NCBI GenBank assembly: GCA_963834385.1
Contig: CAWIBO010000001.1
Location: 128,001-192,000, forward strand
DNA: 64,000 bases
DNA from: an uncultured Verrucomicrobiae bacterium
Lineage (GTDB): Bacteria > Verrucomicrobiota > Verrucomicrobiia > Chthoniobacterales > UBA10450
Reading direction: 5' to 3'
Shown: positions 50,641 to 60,060 of the stretch, one piece after another
Layout of the letters: each line of letters begins with the position of its first letter
Numbering within the stretch: the stretch's first letter is position 1
The notes under the pieces: generated by a model
Told to the model about the DNA's origin: nothing
The model's input: only the letters and a program-made list of their open reading frames with translations
Database searches by the model: none
Position numbers and translations under genes: made by a program

Positions 50641-52032
50641 CTACTTCGCGCCGAAGCCCGAGAGGACGGCCGGCACGGTTCGGACCAGGATCTTGAGATC
50701 AAGCCCAAGCGACCAGCGATCGATGTAATCGAGGTCGAGCTTCACCCAGTCGCTGAAATTCTTCACCTGGTTGCGGCCGCTGATCTGCCAGAGACAGGTC
50801 AGGCCCGGCTTGACGCTGAGCCGGCGCCGCTGCGCGGTGTTCTCGAATTTTTCCACCTCGTAAAGGGGAAGCGGCCGCGGCCCGACGAGGCTCATGTCGC
50901 CGAAGAGCACATTCACGAGCTGGGGCAGCTCGTCCATGCTGGTCCGGCGCAGCCAGTGGCCCAGCGAGGTGATGCGCGGATCGTCCGCCACCTTGAAGAC
51001 CGGCCCTTCCATCTGGTTGAAAGGCTCCAGTTCCGCCCGGCGCATCTCCGCGTCGTTCTTCATCGACCGAAATTTGTACATGACAAAGGGTTTGCCATGC
51101 TTGCCGGCGCGGAGCTGGCGGAAAATGACCGGCCCGGGCGAGGTGAGGCGAATGAAGAGCGCGATCACGAGCATGGGAACGAGAAGGAAAAGAAGGAGCA
51201 CAAAGGCGATGACGCGATCCATGATGGTCTTGACCAGGAGGGCCCAGGAGACATCCGGGGTGGAACGGAAGACGAGCATGGGACGTCCGGCAAAGGCGTC
51301 GAAATCCGGCTTGGCGATGGAGGTCTGAATAAAGTCAGCCACCAGCCAGGCCGGCACGCCTTCGACTTCGCAGGCGCCGATGGCCTGTTCGACCCGGTTC
51401 AACTGCGTGTGGCCCGCGGCAAAGATGACGCGTGAGACCGCATGCTTGTGCATCGCCTCCACCAGATCGGAGATGGGCTGCTTCTCGATGTCGATCCGCC
51501 CCGCCACTTCCAGGAGCATCTCCTGCTCCGGGGAAAAGGAATGCTCGAGCGCGGCGATATCCTCCGGCACACCCGCGAGCAGAACGCGCTCGCGCAACTC
51601 GCCCCGGAGCGCCTTGCCCCGGATCCACCGCACGATGATGCTCTCCTTGGCCAGGAGCAGGCCGGTGGCGATGAGGCCGAAGAGAATCGGGACGCTGCGG
51701 TTGGCCAGGGGCAGGCGCAGGAAGATGACGCAGCCGCTGACAATGATGCTGAGGTAGATCATGGCCCGCGCGATCTGGACAAATGACTTCCACTTCGTCT
51801 TGGCCAGGGGCGACTCGTAAAAGCCCTGCAGTTCGAGCAGGATGGGACCGAAGGGCATGACGACCACGATGAGCCAGAGATAGTTGGAAAAGGGGTCGAT
51901 GCTTTTCGCGAGATCAAACCACGAGGTGCTGAAAAGGCGCAGGGTGTGCGCCGCCCAGAGCGCGAAAACGAAAAGGCAGGCGTCGATGAGCTGCTGGACC
52001 TGCGTGTTTAATTCCTGTTGCCGTGCGAGCAT
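50641..52032 (-). CDS. Polyprenyl-phosphate glycosylphosphotransferase (WcaJ/WbaP-type sugar transferase)
   Basis: Four N-terminal TMs, a CoA-binding-like domain, and catalytic KFRSM, DPRIT, DELPQL.NV..GDMSLVGPRP, KPGLT, DLDYI. Confidence 0.93.
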   Translation of the reverse strand: MLARQQELNTQVQQLIDACLFVFALWAAHTLRLFSTSWFDLAKSIDPFSNYLWLIVVVMPFGPILLELQGFYESPLAKTKWKSFVQIARAMIYLSIIVSGCVIFLRLPLANRSVPILFGLIATGLLLAKESIIVRWIRGKALRGELRERVLLAGVPEDIAALEHSFSPEQEMLLEVAGRIDIEKQPISDLVEAMHKHAVSRVIFAAGHTQLNRVEQAIGACEVEGVPAWLVADFIQTSIAKPDFDAFAGRPMLVFRSTPDVSWALLVKTIMDRVIAFVLLLFLLVPMLVIALFIRLTSPGPVIFRQLRAGKHGKPFVMYKFRSMKNDAEMRRAELEPFNQMEGPVFKVADDPRITSLGHWLRRTSMDELPQLVNVLFGDMSLVGPRPLPLYEVEKFENTAQRRRLSVKPGLTCLWQISGRNQVKNFSDWVKLDLDYIDRWSLGLDLKILVRTVPAVLSGFGAK

Positions 52033-52089
52033 GATGGCTGATTGAACGACGCCCTTCTCCCCGGGAAAACGGGCGACCAAGATATAATA

Positions 52090-52788
52090 ATGCAAACGGT
52101 GGTCAAAGGTGTGGAATATCTCTGCGCTCTCGTGGGCGTGGTCGCGCACCCTGAAGATCTGGCGCGGGCCCGTCGCCTGCGACAGAGACCCGACTTCCTC
52201 GAGATCCGGCTGGACGCCCTGGTGGAGATGACGCGCGACCCTGGGTTCAGCAGAACTCTGGATGCGCTGTCCGTGCCACTGATCCTGACCGCGCGCGATC
52301 CCGGGGAAGGCGGCCAAAACAATCTCCCGCTGGCCCAACGCCGCCGCCTGCTGAGGCAACATCTTCCCCAGGCCGCCCTGATCGACGTTGAGCTGCGCAA
52401 TGCGCCACGCGCCGGTCCGCTTCTCGCTGAAGCGCGCGCCGCCGGGGTCGGGATAATCCTCTCCCGGCACAACTTTGCCGCGGCTCCCGAACGGGCCGCG
52501 CTGGCGCAGGCCGTCGGGGAAGCAAAGCAATTGGGCGCGGACATCCTCAAGCTCGTCTTCCGGATCGAACAGGATTCCGAGCTCCAGCCCCTGCTTGATT
52601 TCATGGCCAGTGCGCCCCTGCCGATCAGCGCCATGAGTGTCGGGCCTGGCGGAGGACGAATTCGGAAACTGCTGGCCGGGGCCGGCTCGGTTCTGAACTA
52701 CGGACATCTCGGCCAGCCAGTCGTTCCCGGGCAGCCCTCCCTCTCCGGGCTGCGGCAGGCGCTTTGTCCACGCCCCGGGCGGGAATGA
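52090..52788 (+). CDS. aroD: Type I 3-dehydroquinate dehydratase
   Basis: EIRLD, ILTAR...EGG, IDVEL, ILSRHNF, ADILKL, GQ.S. Confidence 0.85.
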   Translation: MQTVVKGVEYLCALVGVVAHPEDLARARRLRQRPDFLEIRLDALVEMTRDPGFSRTLDALSVPLILTARDPGEGGQNNLPLAQRRRLLRQHLPQAALIDVELRNAPRAGPLLAEARAAGVGIILSRHNFAAAPERAALAQAVGEAKQLGADILKLVFRIEQDSELQPLLDFMASAPLPISAMSVGPGGGRIRKLLAGAGSVLNYGHLGQPVVPGQPSLSGLRQALCPRPGRE

Positions 52789-52832
52789 TTGTGGGCCCAT
52801 CTCGTACGCCCTCTGCTGCGTATACATATTAG

Positions 52833-53474
52833 ATGGCCAACCCCGACGAAGAAACCATTGAGCTGCCGGCGGAAGTGCCGGTGATGCCCATCCCCGGTGC
52901 GCTGCTTTTCCCGAATGCGCTTCTGCCGCTCTATATCTTTGAGCCGCGCTATCGCGAGATGCTCGCTTCCGCTCTTTCGCGCCAGCGCATGTTCTGCGTT
53001 TCCCTGGTCGATCCCCAACGGCCGGGCTGGGAATCGACGAGCGACTTCTGCCACGTCGCGGGCATCGGCTTGATCCGGGCCTGCGTAGGCCGGGCGGATG
53101 GAACCTCCAACCTGATCCTGCAGGGGCTGCGGCGTGTCCGCTTCACCGGCTTCACGCGCGCTGACCCGTTTCCGGTCGCCAGCATCGAGGTGCTCGATTC
53201 CACGGAGACCGACACGGTCGAGACCGAGGCGCTCGGGGTGAAGGTGCTCGAGATCTACGACCGCTTTAAAGGAACCGGGCGGCAGTTGCCGCCGAAAGTC
53301 GACGAATACCTGGCCGACCTGAGCGATCCCGAGATGCTGGCGGACCTGATGGCGGCGACCTTTATCAGCGATCCCTTTCGCCGCCAGCATGTCCTGGAGG
53401 AACTTTCCGTGAGCAAAAGGCTGCGACTGGTCATCCAGTATCTGCGTGAGGAAACCGGCACAGCTGCGGCCTAG
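52833..53474 (+). CDS. Stand-alone Lon N-terminal substrate-binding domain protein
   Basis: PVMPI....LFP...LPL.IFEPRY..M, DG..N..LQG..R. No AAA+ or protease domain. Confidence 0.88.
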   Translation: MANPDEETIELPAEVPVMPIPGALLFPNALLPLYIFEPRYREMLASALSRQRMFCVSLVDPQRPGWESTSDFCHVAGIGLIRACVGRADGTSNLILQGLRRVRFTGFTRADPFPVASIEVLDSTETDTVETEALGVKVLEIYDRFKGTGRQLPPKVDEYLADLSDPEMLADLMAATFISDPFRRQHVLEELSVSKRLRLVIQYLREETGTAAA

Positions 53475-54628
53475 GGCGCGCCGAGTCCCGCGATCCGCGC
53501 ATGCTCCTCGAGCAGGTATCGGTCGGTCATCCCCGCGATGTAATCGCAGACGGTCCGGTGCAGGCCCTCGGCCTCAAGGCGTCGCGTGGCCTGTTCGCCC
53601 AGCAGGGAGGGATCGGTTACGTAGGCCTCGAAAACCTGCCGCAGCATTTCGCAGGCGCGCCGGTTCACCTCCGCCACCCGCGGATGATAATAAACATTCC
53701 GGTAGAGAAACTCGCGCAGCGCCCGGTTCGCCGCCGCGCGTTCCTCGCTGTAGCAGACAAGAGCCCGGTCATGTCGCCTGACCTCGTCCGCGTGGCCCAC
53801 CCCTGCCGCCACCACCGCTGACCGGCTGCTGGTGATGACATCGCGCACCTGCGCATCGATGATGTCACGAATAATCAGCTTGTGGAGCTCCGGTTCCTGC
53901 ACCCTGGGCCAGGTCGCGTCGACGCGGGCATGGCTCTGGCGCCAGACCTCCACGCTCTCGAGCTGGGACGGTTCCAGGATCTGGAAATCGACGGCATCAT
54001 CGAGGTCGTGGCTGTAGTAGGTAATCTCGTCGGCCAGGTCCGCAATCTGCGCCTCCAGGGAGGGATGACGATAGTCACCCCCCTCGCCCGGCAGGGAGGC
54101 AAAGCTTGTCTCGTGTTTCTGCAGGCCTTCGCGCACCTCCAGGGTGAGATTAAGACCGGGGAAATCGGGGTAGCTGCTCTCGAGCAAATCAACCACGCGG
54201 AGGCTCTGGCGGTTGTGATCAAACCCGCCGTGCGCCTGCATGCATTCCGCCAGCATCTCCTCGCCGGAATGGCCAAAGGGCGAATGTCCCAGGTCATGCC
54301 CGAGGGCGATGGCCTCGGCCAGGTCCTCGTTGAGCCCCAGGGCGCGGGCAATGGTGCGGCTGATCGAGGCCACCTCGATCGAATGGGTCAGCCTGGTGCG
54401 CAAATGATCACCGGTCCCGTTCAGGAACACCTGGGTCTTGTACTCGAGCCGGCGGAAGGCGCGCGAGTGGATGATGCGGGCGCGATCCCGCTGAAATTCG
54501 GTCCGGTAGGCATGGCGCGGCTCCGGTTGGCGCCGCCCGCGTGAATCGCCGGAGAACTGGGCGAACGGCGCGAGCGCGGCCCGCTCGTCCGCCTCCATCT
54601 GCTCGCGCGTCTTCCAGCCTTCGCTCAT
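53471..54628 (-). CDS. dgt: Deoxyguanosinetriphosphate triphosphohydrolase-like HD protein
   Basis: FQRDRARIIHSRAFRRLEYKTQVF, RTRLTHS, HDLGHSPFGHSGE, DYIAGMTDRY. Confidence 0.93.
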   Translation of the reverse strand: MSEGWKTREQMEADERAALAPFAQFSGDSRGRRQPEPRHAYRTEFQRDRARIIHSRAFRRLEYKTQVFLNGTGDHLRTRLTHSIEVASISRTIARALGLNEDLAEAIALGHDLGHSPFGHSGEEMLAECMQAHGGFDHNRQSLRVVDLLESSYPDFPGLNLTLEVREGLQKHETSFASLPGEGGDYRHPSLEAQIADLADEITYYSHDLDDAVDFQILEPSQLESVEVWRQSHARVDATWPRVQEPELHKLIIRDIIDAQVRDVITSSRSAVVAAGVGHADEVRRHDRALVCYSEERAAANRALREFLYRNVYYHPRVAEVNRRACEMLRQVFEAYVTDPSLLGEQATRRLEAEGLHRTVCDYIAGMTDRYLLEEHARIAGLGAP

Positions 54629-54975
54629 TCGTCGCGCGGCTCCGGCACGTTCTCGCTCACGGAGAAGCGCTTTTGCAAGCCTCGCGCCTGGCGCCGGGTT
54701 TCGGCACGCACCATCAGCAGGTCAAAAAGAGCCAGGAGCAGGGAAAGCAGGGTGAGCCAGGCGCAGACAAACCAGAAGAGAAGAAAGCGAAAGAGATGTT
54801 CGCCCGGCGCGAGCCATCCGGAAAGAAAGGTGGACCCGGCCAGCACCATGCTGAGCGCGCCGCAGACGACCAGCGTCATGGCGGCGCGGCGGGTGCGCCG
54901 GTCACGGATGAGGCCGCGCGTCATGTGCGCGATAAACGACATCGCGCGGAGCGGTTTATCTTCCGGGCCGTTCAT
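54625..54975 (-). CDS. Small two-TM membrane protein
   Basis: Two hydrophobic segments (FLLFWFVCAWLTLLSLLLALFDLL); stop overlaps the dgt start. Confidence 0.65.
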   Translation of the reverse strand: MNGPEDKPLRAMSFIAHMTRGLIRDRRTRRAAMTLVVCGALSMVLAGSTFLSGWLAPGEHLFRFLLFWFVCAWLTLLSLLLALFDLLMVRAETRRQARGLQKRFSVSENVPEPRDE

Positions 54976-55022
54976 CCCTGCCTAGTTTGCGGCGAAACGG
55001 CCGCGGAAGTCGACGACTCCTT

Positions 55023-56359
55023 TCAGATGAGGAGGAGGGTCGGGTTCTCGAGCAACCGGCGCAGCTCCTTGAGATACTCCGCGCCGAGCGCGCCATCGAT
55101 CACGCGATGGTCGCAGCTCATGCCGATCTCGAGGCGGCTTCCGGCCACGATCTGGTCGCAGTCGTCCACCACCGGTTTGCGCCGGATGGCGCCGACGGAA
55201 AGAATGAAGCCCTGCGGCGGATTGATGATGGCGGAAAAGTAGTCGATCCCGTAACCGCCGAGGTTGGAAACGGTGAAGCTTCCCCCTGAAACTCCTCCGG
55301 CTTCATCCGTTTGTTCCGCGCGCGCTGGGCCAGGTCCTTCATCGCCTCGCTCAATTCGCGGAGCGATTTCTTCTGGGCCGCGCGAATCACCGGCGTTACC
55401 AGGCCATCCTCGATCGCCACCGCCACCGCCAGATCGACGTCGGCGTATTGCACGATGGAATCCTCATCAAAAGCGGCGTTTACCTTCGGCACCTTGGCGG
55501 CCGCATCCACCGACGCCTTCAGGACAAAATCGTTTATGGTGATCTTCGCCATGTCGCTTTCTTCGCCCGCCGCCTTGAGGTCGGCGCGCGCGGCCATGAG
55601 CGGGCCGGCGTCGAGATCGATATTGAGATAAAAATGGGGCACGGGTCCCTTGCTGGCCACCAGGCGCTCGGCAATAACCTTGCGCATGCCGCTGAGATGA
55701 ATGCGGGAGGCTCCCTCCGGGGGACGGAGGGCCTGCGGCTTTGATGCCGCCGACGCGCGTGGTCCTGCCTTGGAGGCGGCTCTGACGTCCTCCTCCGTGA
55801 CCCGTCCTTCCGGACCGGTCCCGGCGACCGCGGCAAGGGAAACGCCAAGTTCACCCGCCAGGCGACGCGCTGCCGGCGACGCCTTTACGCGGGCGGTCTC
55901 CTCCCCGCCTTTCTCCGCGGAAGCGGGCGCGGCAGGCTCGGGCGCTTCTTTCTTCGCCGGGGCCGCCGGTTTCTTTGCTTCCGGCGGCGCGGTCTCCTTC
56001 TCTTTTTTCTGCGCGGGGGCGGGCTTCTCGGTCTCGGCCGGTTTCTTCTCCGCCTTCTCTTTTTTCGCGGGGGCCTCTTTTTTCGCAGCCGGCTTTTCCT
56101 TTTCGGGCGCGGGCGCGCTTTCACCTTCCTCGCCGATGAAGGCGATGCGCTGGCCGACCTCCACCTTGCCCCCCTCCTCGACGTAAATCTCCGTGATGGT
56201 GCCGTCCTCGGGCGATTCCCATTCCATGGTCGCCTTGTCTGTTTCGATCTCGGCGATCACGTCCCCGGTCGAGACCTTCTCGCCCTTCTTCTTCTTCCAC
56301 GCGACGAGGGTTCCCTCCGTCATCGTGTCGCTCAGTTTCGGCATCTGAATCTCAGGCAT
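55023..56359 (-). CDS. pdhC: Pyruvate dehydrogenase E2, dihydrolipoamide acetyltransferase (frameshift in G-run near 55284)
   Basis: Lipoyl domain ETDKA, E3-binding ASPAARRLA...GTGPEGRV; after the frameshift SFTVSNLG, AIINPPQ and SCDHRVIDGA. Confidence 0.93.
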
Positions 56360-56380
56360 GGGACAAAATAGACTGAAAGA

Positions 56381-57364
56381 TCAGGCGTAGCAGACTTTCT
56401 TCACCGCCGCGACCAGCTTTTCCGCGCTGGGCAGGACGGCCTTTTCCCAGGTCTCGTTATAAGGCATGGGCACTTCCTCCTGCGCCACCCGCAACACCGG
56501 AGCGTCCAGTTGATCAAAGGCCTCGCGCTGGATCCGGTAGGAAACCTCCGCGCCGATGCCGCAGAAGGGGCGATCCTGCTCGACGATGACCACGCGGTGG
56601 GTCTTGCGCACGCTGGCCAGGATGGCGGGAAGATCGAGCGGCTTGATCGAGCGCAGGTCGAGCACATCGGCCTCCATCCCCTCGCCGGCCAGCGTTTCCG
56701 CGGCGGCCAGCGCCAGCGGGACCGTCTGGGCGTAGCAAATGATGGTGACGTCGGCGCCTTCCCGTTTCAATTCCGCCTGGCCCAGCGGGATGAGAAGTTC
56801 CTGGTCGGCCGGCTCGACCATGCCCTTGCTGCTGTAGAGCAGCTCGGACTCCAGGACGAGCACCGGGTTATTGTCGCGAATGGCGGTCTTGAGCAGTCCC
56901 TTGGCATCGCGCGGCGTGGCCGGGGTGCAAATCTTGAGCCCGGGGAAATTGGCGTAAAGGCATTCCGTCGCGTGCGAGTGGGTGGCGCCGAGCTGGTGGG
57001 CGGGCCCGTTCGGGCCGCGAAAGGTGATCGGGATGTTGAACTGCCCGCCCGACATCGTGAGCATGTTCGGGGCGTTGTTCACCACCTGGTCGAAAGCCAC
57101 GAGCGAGAAACTGAAGGTCATGAACTCGATCACCGGGCGCAGGCCGACCATGGCGGCGCCGACACCAAGACCGGCGAAACCGTTTTCGCTGATCGGCGTG
57201 TCGATGACCCGTTTGGCGCCGAACTTTTCGAGGAGTCCCTGGCTCACCTTGTAGGCGCCGTTGTACTCCGCGACTTCCTCGCCCATGAGGAAAACGTTCG
57301 GGTCACGCGCCAGTTCCTCCGCGAGCGCCTCGTTCAGGGCCTGTCGATAAGTGATCTCCCTCAC
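56381..57364 (-). CDS. pdhB: Pyruvate dehydrogenase E1 beta subunit
   Basis: GEEVAEYNGAYKV, DTPISE.GF.G, EFMTF.F, FRGPNG, ATHS. Confidence 0.95.
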   Translation of the reverse strand: MREITYRQALNEALAEELARDPNVFLMGEEVAEYNGAYKVSQGLLEKFGAKRVIDTPISENGFAGLGVGAAMVGLRPVIEFMTFSFSLVAFDQVVNNAPNMLTMSGGQFNIPITFRGPNGPAHQLGATHSHATECLYANFPGLKICTPATPRDAKGLLKTAIRDNNPVLVLESELLYSSKGMVEPADQELLIPLGQAELKREGADVTIICYAQTVPLALAAAETLAGEGMEADVLDLRSIKPLDLPAILASVRKTHRVVIVEQDRPFCGIGAEVSYRIQREAFDQLDAPVLRVAQEEVPMPYNETWEKAVLPSAEKLVAAVKKVCYA

Positions 57365-58338
57365 GTGCGGTCTCCGTTCACAAAAGTGTAATCGTAGAGC
57401 TCCTCGAGCGGGGGCTCGGGTGATTCCTCGGCGAACTTGACGCTGGCGAGGGCGGTTTCCTTCGCCTTTTTGTCCATGGCGTCGAACTGTTCATTGCTCA
57501 GTTTTCCCTCGCGGGTGAGCTGGGCGCGCAACCGCGTGATCGGGTCATCCATCCGGTATTGCTCGAGCTGTTCCTTGGTTCGATAGCTCGCCGGGTCGGA
57601 CATGGAATGGCCGCGGTAACGGTAGGTGCGGACCTCGAAGAAAACCGGATGCGGTTCCCGGCGGATGGCGTCGACCGCCTCCTGCAGCTTGTCGCGGACC
57701 TCGCGGAAGTTCATGCCATCAACGACCACGCCGGGGATGTCGTAGCCCTCGGCGCGTTCCACGATCTGCTTGAGCGAGGTGGAGCGCTCCACGGAGGTGC
57801 CCATGGCGTAGAGATTGTTCTCGCAGATGAAGATGACGGGCAGCTTGTAAAGGGCGGCGAGGTTCAGCGCCTCGTGAAAGGCCCCCTGATTGATGGCGCC
57901 ATCACCGAAAAAACAAAGGGTGACCCGGTCCTCCTCCCGGTATTTCGAAGCGAAAGCCATCCCGGTGGCCAGCGGCACATGCGCGCCCACGATGGCATGA
58001 CCGCCATACATGTGGTTCTTCTTGTCGAAATAATGCATGGACCCGCCCAGGCCCCGGGAACACCCGGTGACCTTGCCGAAGAGCTCCGCCATGCAGGCGT
58101 CCGCCGAGGTGCCGCGGGCCAGGGCATGCGCGTGGTCGCGGTAGGCCGTGATCAGGTAATCGTCATCGCGGGTGGCGGCGACCGCGCCCACGACGACCGC
58201 CTCCTGGCCGATGTAAAGGTGACAAAAGCCGCCGATCTTCTGCGCCTGATACTGCTGGCTGGCGCGTTCTTCAAAGCGCCGGATCAACAGCATCAGCGCG
58301 AGCATCTCGACTTCGTCGCGTTGCTCCTGCGCGCCCAT
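57361..58338 (-). CDS. pdhA: Pyruvate dehydrogenase E1 alpha subunit
   Basis: GFCHLYIGQEA, GGSMH, TPP motif GDGA..QG.FHE..N...ENN, YRYRGHSMSDP. Confidence 0.95.
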   Translation of the reverse strand: MGAQEQRDEVEMLALMLLIRRFEERASQQYQAQKIGGFCHLYIGQEAVVVGAVAATRDDDYLITAYRDHAHALARGTSADACMAELFGKVTGCSRGLGGSMHYFDKKNHMYGGHAIVGAHVPLATGMAFASKYREEDRVTLCFFGDGAINQGAFHEALNLAALYKLPVIFICENNLYAMGTSVERSTSLKQIVERAEGYDIPGVVVDGMNFREVRDKLQEAVDAIRREPHPVFFEVRTYRYRGHSMSDPASYRTKEQLEQYRMDDPITRLRAQLTREGKLSNEQFDAMDKKAKETALASVKFAEESPEPPLEELYDYTFVNGDRT

Positions 58339-58344
58339 GCAGGA

Positions 58345-58932
58345 TTACGCGGTGTGCGGCAGCGCCGCGCCGGCCCGGAGACGTTCCCGGCGGCGAAGGG
58401 AATAGATGCAGGAGACAAAGAGCGCCGTGAAGACCAGGTCACTCACGACGGCGTTGCGGAAAAACATCCAGGTGGGCGTGGCCCCGTAGGCGGGAAGGCC
58501 AACCGTGAGCGCCTGGACCCAGCCGGCCGCCGTCTTGACGTAGCCGGCATCCGTCAGCCAGGAGAAGGTGTTGGTGGAGAGATAGAAAAAGGTGGAGGAC
58601 GCGAGCGAGGCCGGCAGCATCGTGCGGAAAGAGGCCCGGTTTTCCAAGATCCAGCCAAAGGCGCAGATGGCAGCCAGAACCAGGTAACGGCAGATGATCA
58701 GGGGCGAGAAAAAGGGCTGGCCGTAAAACGAATTCAGGATGAGATCGGAGAGAAAAAGCCCGAGCAGAGGCAGGGTAAACTTCAGTTTCCCGGGCAAATA
58801 GGCCGCGCTGCAAAGGGCAATGGCGGCAAAAGGCACAAAGTTCGACAGGCCGGTCTGGCCCGACTGAATCAGGAGGCCCATGACCACGCGATAAATCACG
58901 GCCGCAAGAATCAACAACAGCGCAGGAATCAT
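58345..58932 (-). CDS. DUF6580-like putative transport (S-component-like) membrane protein
   Basis: NFVPFAAIAL, LSDL.L, S..FFYLSTN..SW, Y.KT..G..Q....GLP, FFRN...SDL.F; about six TMs. Confidence 0.7.
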   Translation of the reverse strand: MIPALLLILAAVIYRVVMGLLIQSGQTGLSNFVPFAAIALCSAAYLPGKLKFTLPLLGLFLSDLILNSFYGQPFFSPLIICRYLVLAAICAFGWILENRASFRTMLPASLASSTFFYLSTNTFSWLTDAGYVKTAAGWVQALTVGLPAYGATPTWMFFRNAVVSDLVFTALFVSCIYSLRRRERLRAGAALPHTA

Positions 58933-58994
58933 CGTGAGCAACTTTTAACCTTCCCCCTGGATATGCAACGAGGTTTTGGGTGCGAGAAGCCTCG

Positions 58995-59249
58995 TCAGGC
59001 CGCCGGCGTTTTCAGGAGCCGGGAAAGCCGCGCCTTGCGGCGCGAAGCGGTGTTCTTGTGCACGATGCCGCGCTTGGCCGCCTTGTCGACCGCGGAGATG
59101 AGCGCGCGGACCTGGGCCGGGTCGGTGGTTCCAGTCCCGGTCACGGTCCCCTTCTGCATCTTGCGCAGTCGGGTCATGACACTGCGGTTACGCAGGGTGC
59201 GGGTGGCTGTCTGGCGGGCGCGTTTGGCGGCGGATTTGGAGTTGGCCAT
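58995..59249 (-). CDS. rpsT: 30S ribosomal protein S20
   Basis: MANSKSAAKRARQ...RNRS, DKAAKRGIVHKNTASRRKARL. Confidence 0.97.
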   Translation of the reverse strand: MANSKSAAKRARQTATRTLRNRSVMTRLRKMQKGTVTGTGTTDPAQVRALISAVDKAAKRGIVHKNTASRRKARLSRLLKTPAA

Positions 59250-59327
59250 GGGATTTTTTGTCGGGCGGGGAGAGTCGCGGCAAGGGCTCCGCTTGTCAAG
59301 AAAGAGCCCGGCGGGGCGTCGGCGCGT

Positions 59328-60026
59328 TCAGGCGCCGCGGTCGCGCGAACTGTTTTGCGCGATGCTGTTATGGAACGGGCTGGAGGGGCGCGTCCGGATA
59401 TCGTCGTCGCTTTCCAGGCGGGGGCGAATATTGCTCCCGGGAAGGGGGCGCAGCGCCCCCTTGGGCAGCCGCGGAAGTGCGTCCGGAATGATGTTCACGA
59501 TCGCGCCCAGCGGGACAAACTTGTAGAGGTTGGCCACGTCCCGGGCCCGCATCCGGATACAACCGTAGCTGGCCGGTTTCCCGAGGCGTTTTTCCTCCGG
59601 TGTCCCGTGGATGTAAATGCAGCGGGCAAAAGCGCGCGCGTTCTGCGGCTCCAGCCCGGACAGCCAGATGATCCGCGTGGTGATCGGATCGCGCCCTGGC
59701 GCATTCGGCGGAAGAATCTCCCCGGTGAAACGACGATGATGGAAAACCGCGCCGGTCGGGGCATTGTCCCCGATCTTCTTGACCACGCGCAGGAGCCCGA
59801 GCGGAGTGGCCATGCTGCCGGGGGTATCCCCGAGCCCGAACTTCGAGGTCGAAACCTTGAAGGTGGCGATGCGCTTGCCATCCTGCACCAGCATCAGCTT
59901 CTGGTCGCGCACGCTGACGATGATCTGGTCCGGGATTTCGTCGACGGAAGCCGCGCCGGCCGGGGGGCAGGCGGCGCCGAGGAGAAGAAGGGCGGCCAGG
60001 CCCGGGCGGAGGGGGAGGAAGCGCAT
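59328..60026 (-). CDS. L,D-transpeptidase (YkuD family), secreted
   Basis: IIVSVRDQKL, VSTSKFG.G, TPLG, IYIHGT......GKPASYGCIRM (H-x14-17-S-x-G-C). Confidence 0.92.
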   Translation of the reverse strand: MRFLPLRPGLAALLLLGAACPPAGAASVDEIPDQIIVSVRDQKLMLVQDGKRIATFKVSTSKFGLGDTPGSMATPLGLLRVVKKIGDNAPTGAVFHHRRFTGEILPPNAPGRDPITTRIIWLSGLEPQNARAFARCIYIHGTPEEKRLGKPASYGCIRMRARDVANLYKFVPLGAIVNIIPDALPRLPKGALRPLPGSNIRPRLESDDDIRTRPSSPFHNSIAQNSSRDRGA

Positions 60027-60060
60027 ACCGGCCTTCCTTGTAGCCAAAATCAGGCCGTTG

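Noticed and set aside
55023..58338. Absence of lpdA (E3) from the pdh cluster, and orphan glgE and ABC ATPase
   Set aside because: Dispersed E3, glg genes and shared MsmX-type ATPases are common in bacteria and not unusual.
58933..58994. Cobalamin or other riboswitch upstream of the DUF6580-like transporter
   Set aside because: The intergenic region is only about 60 bp, holding a short hairpin after rpsT and a promoter-like element. There is no room for an aptamer and no B12-box.
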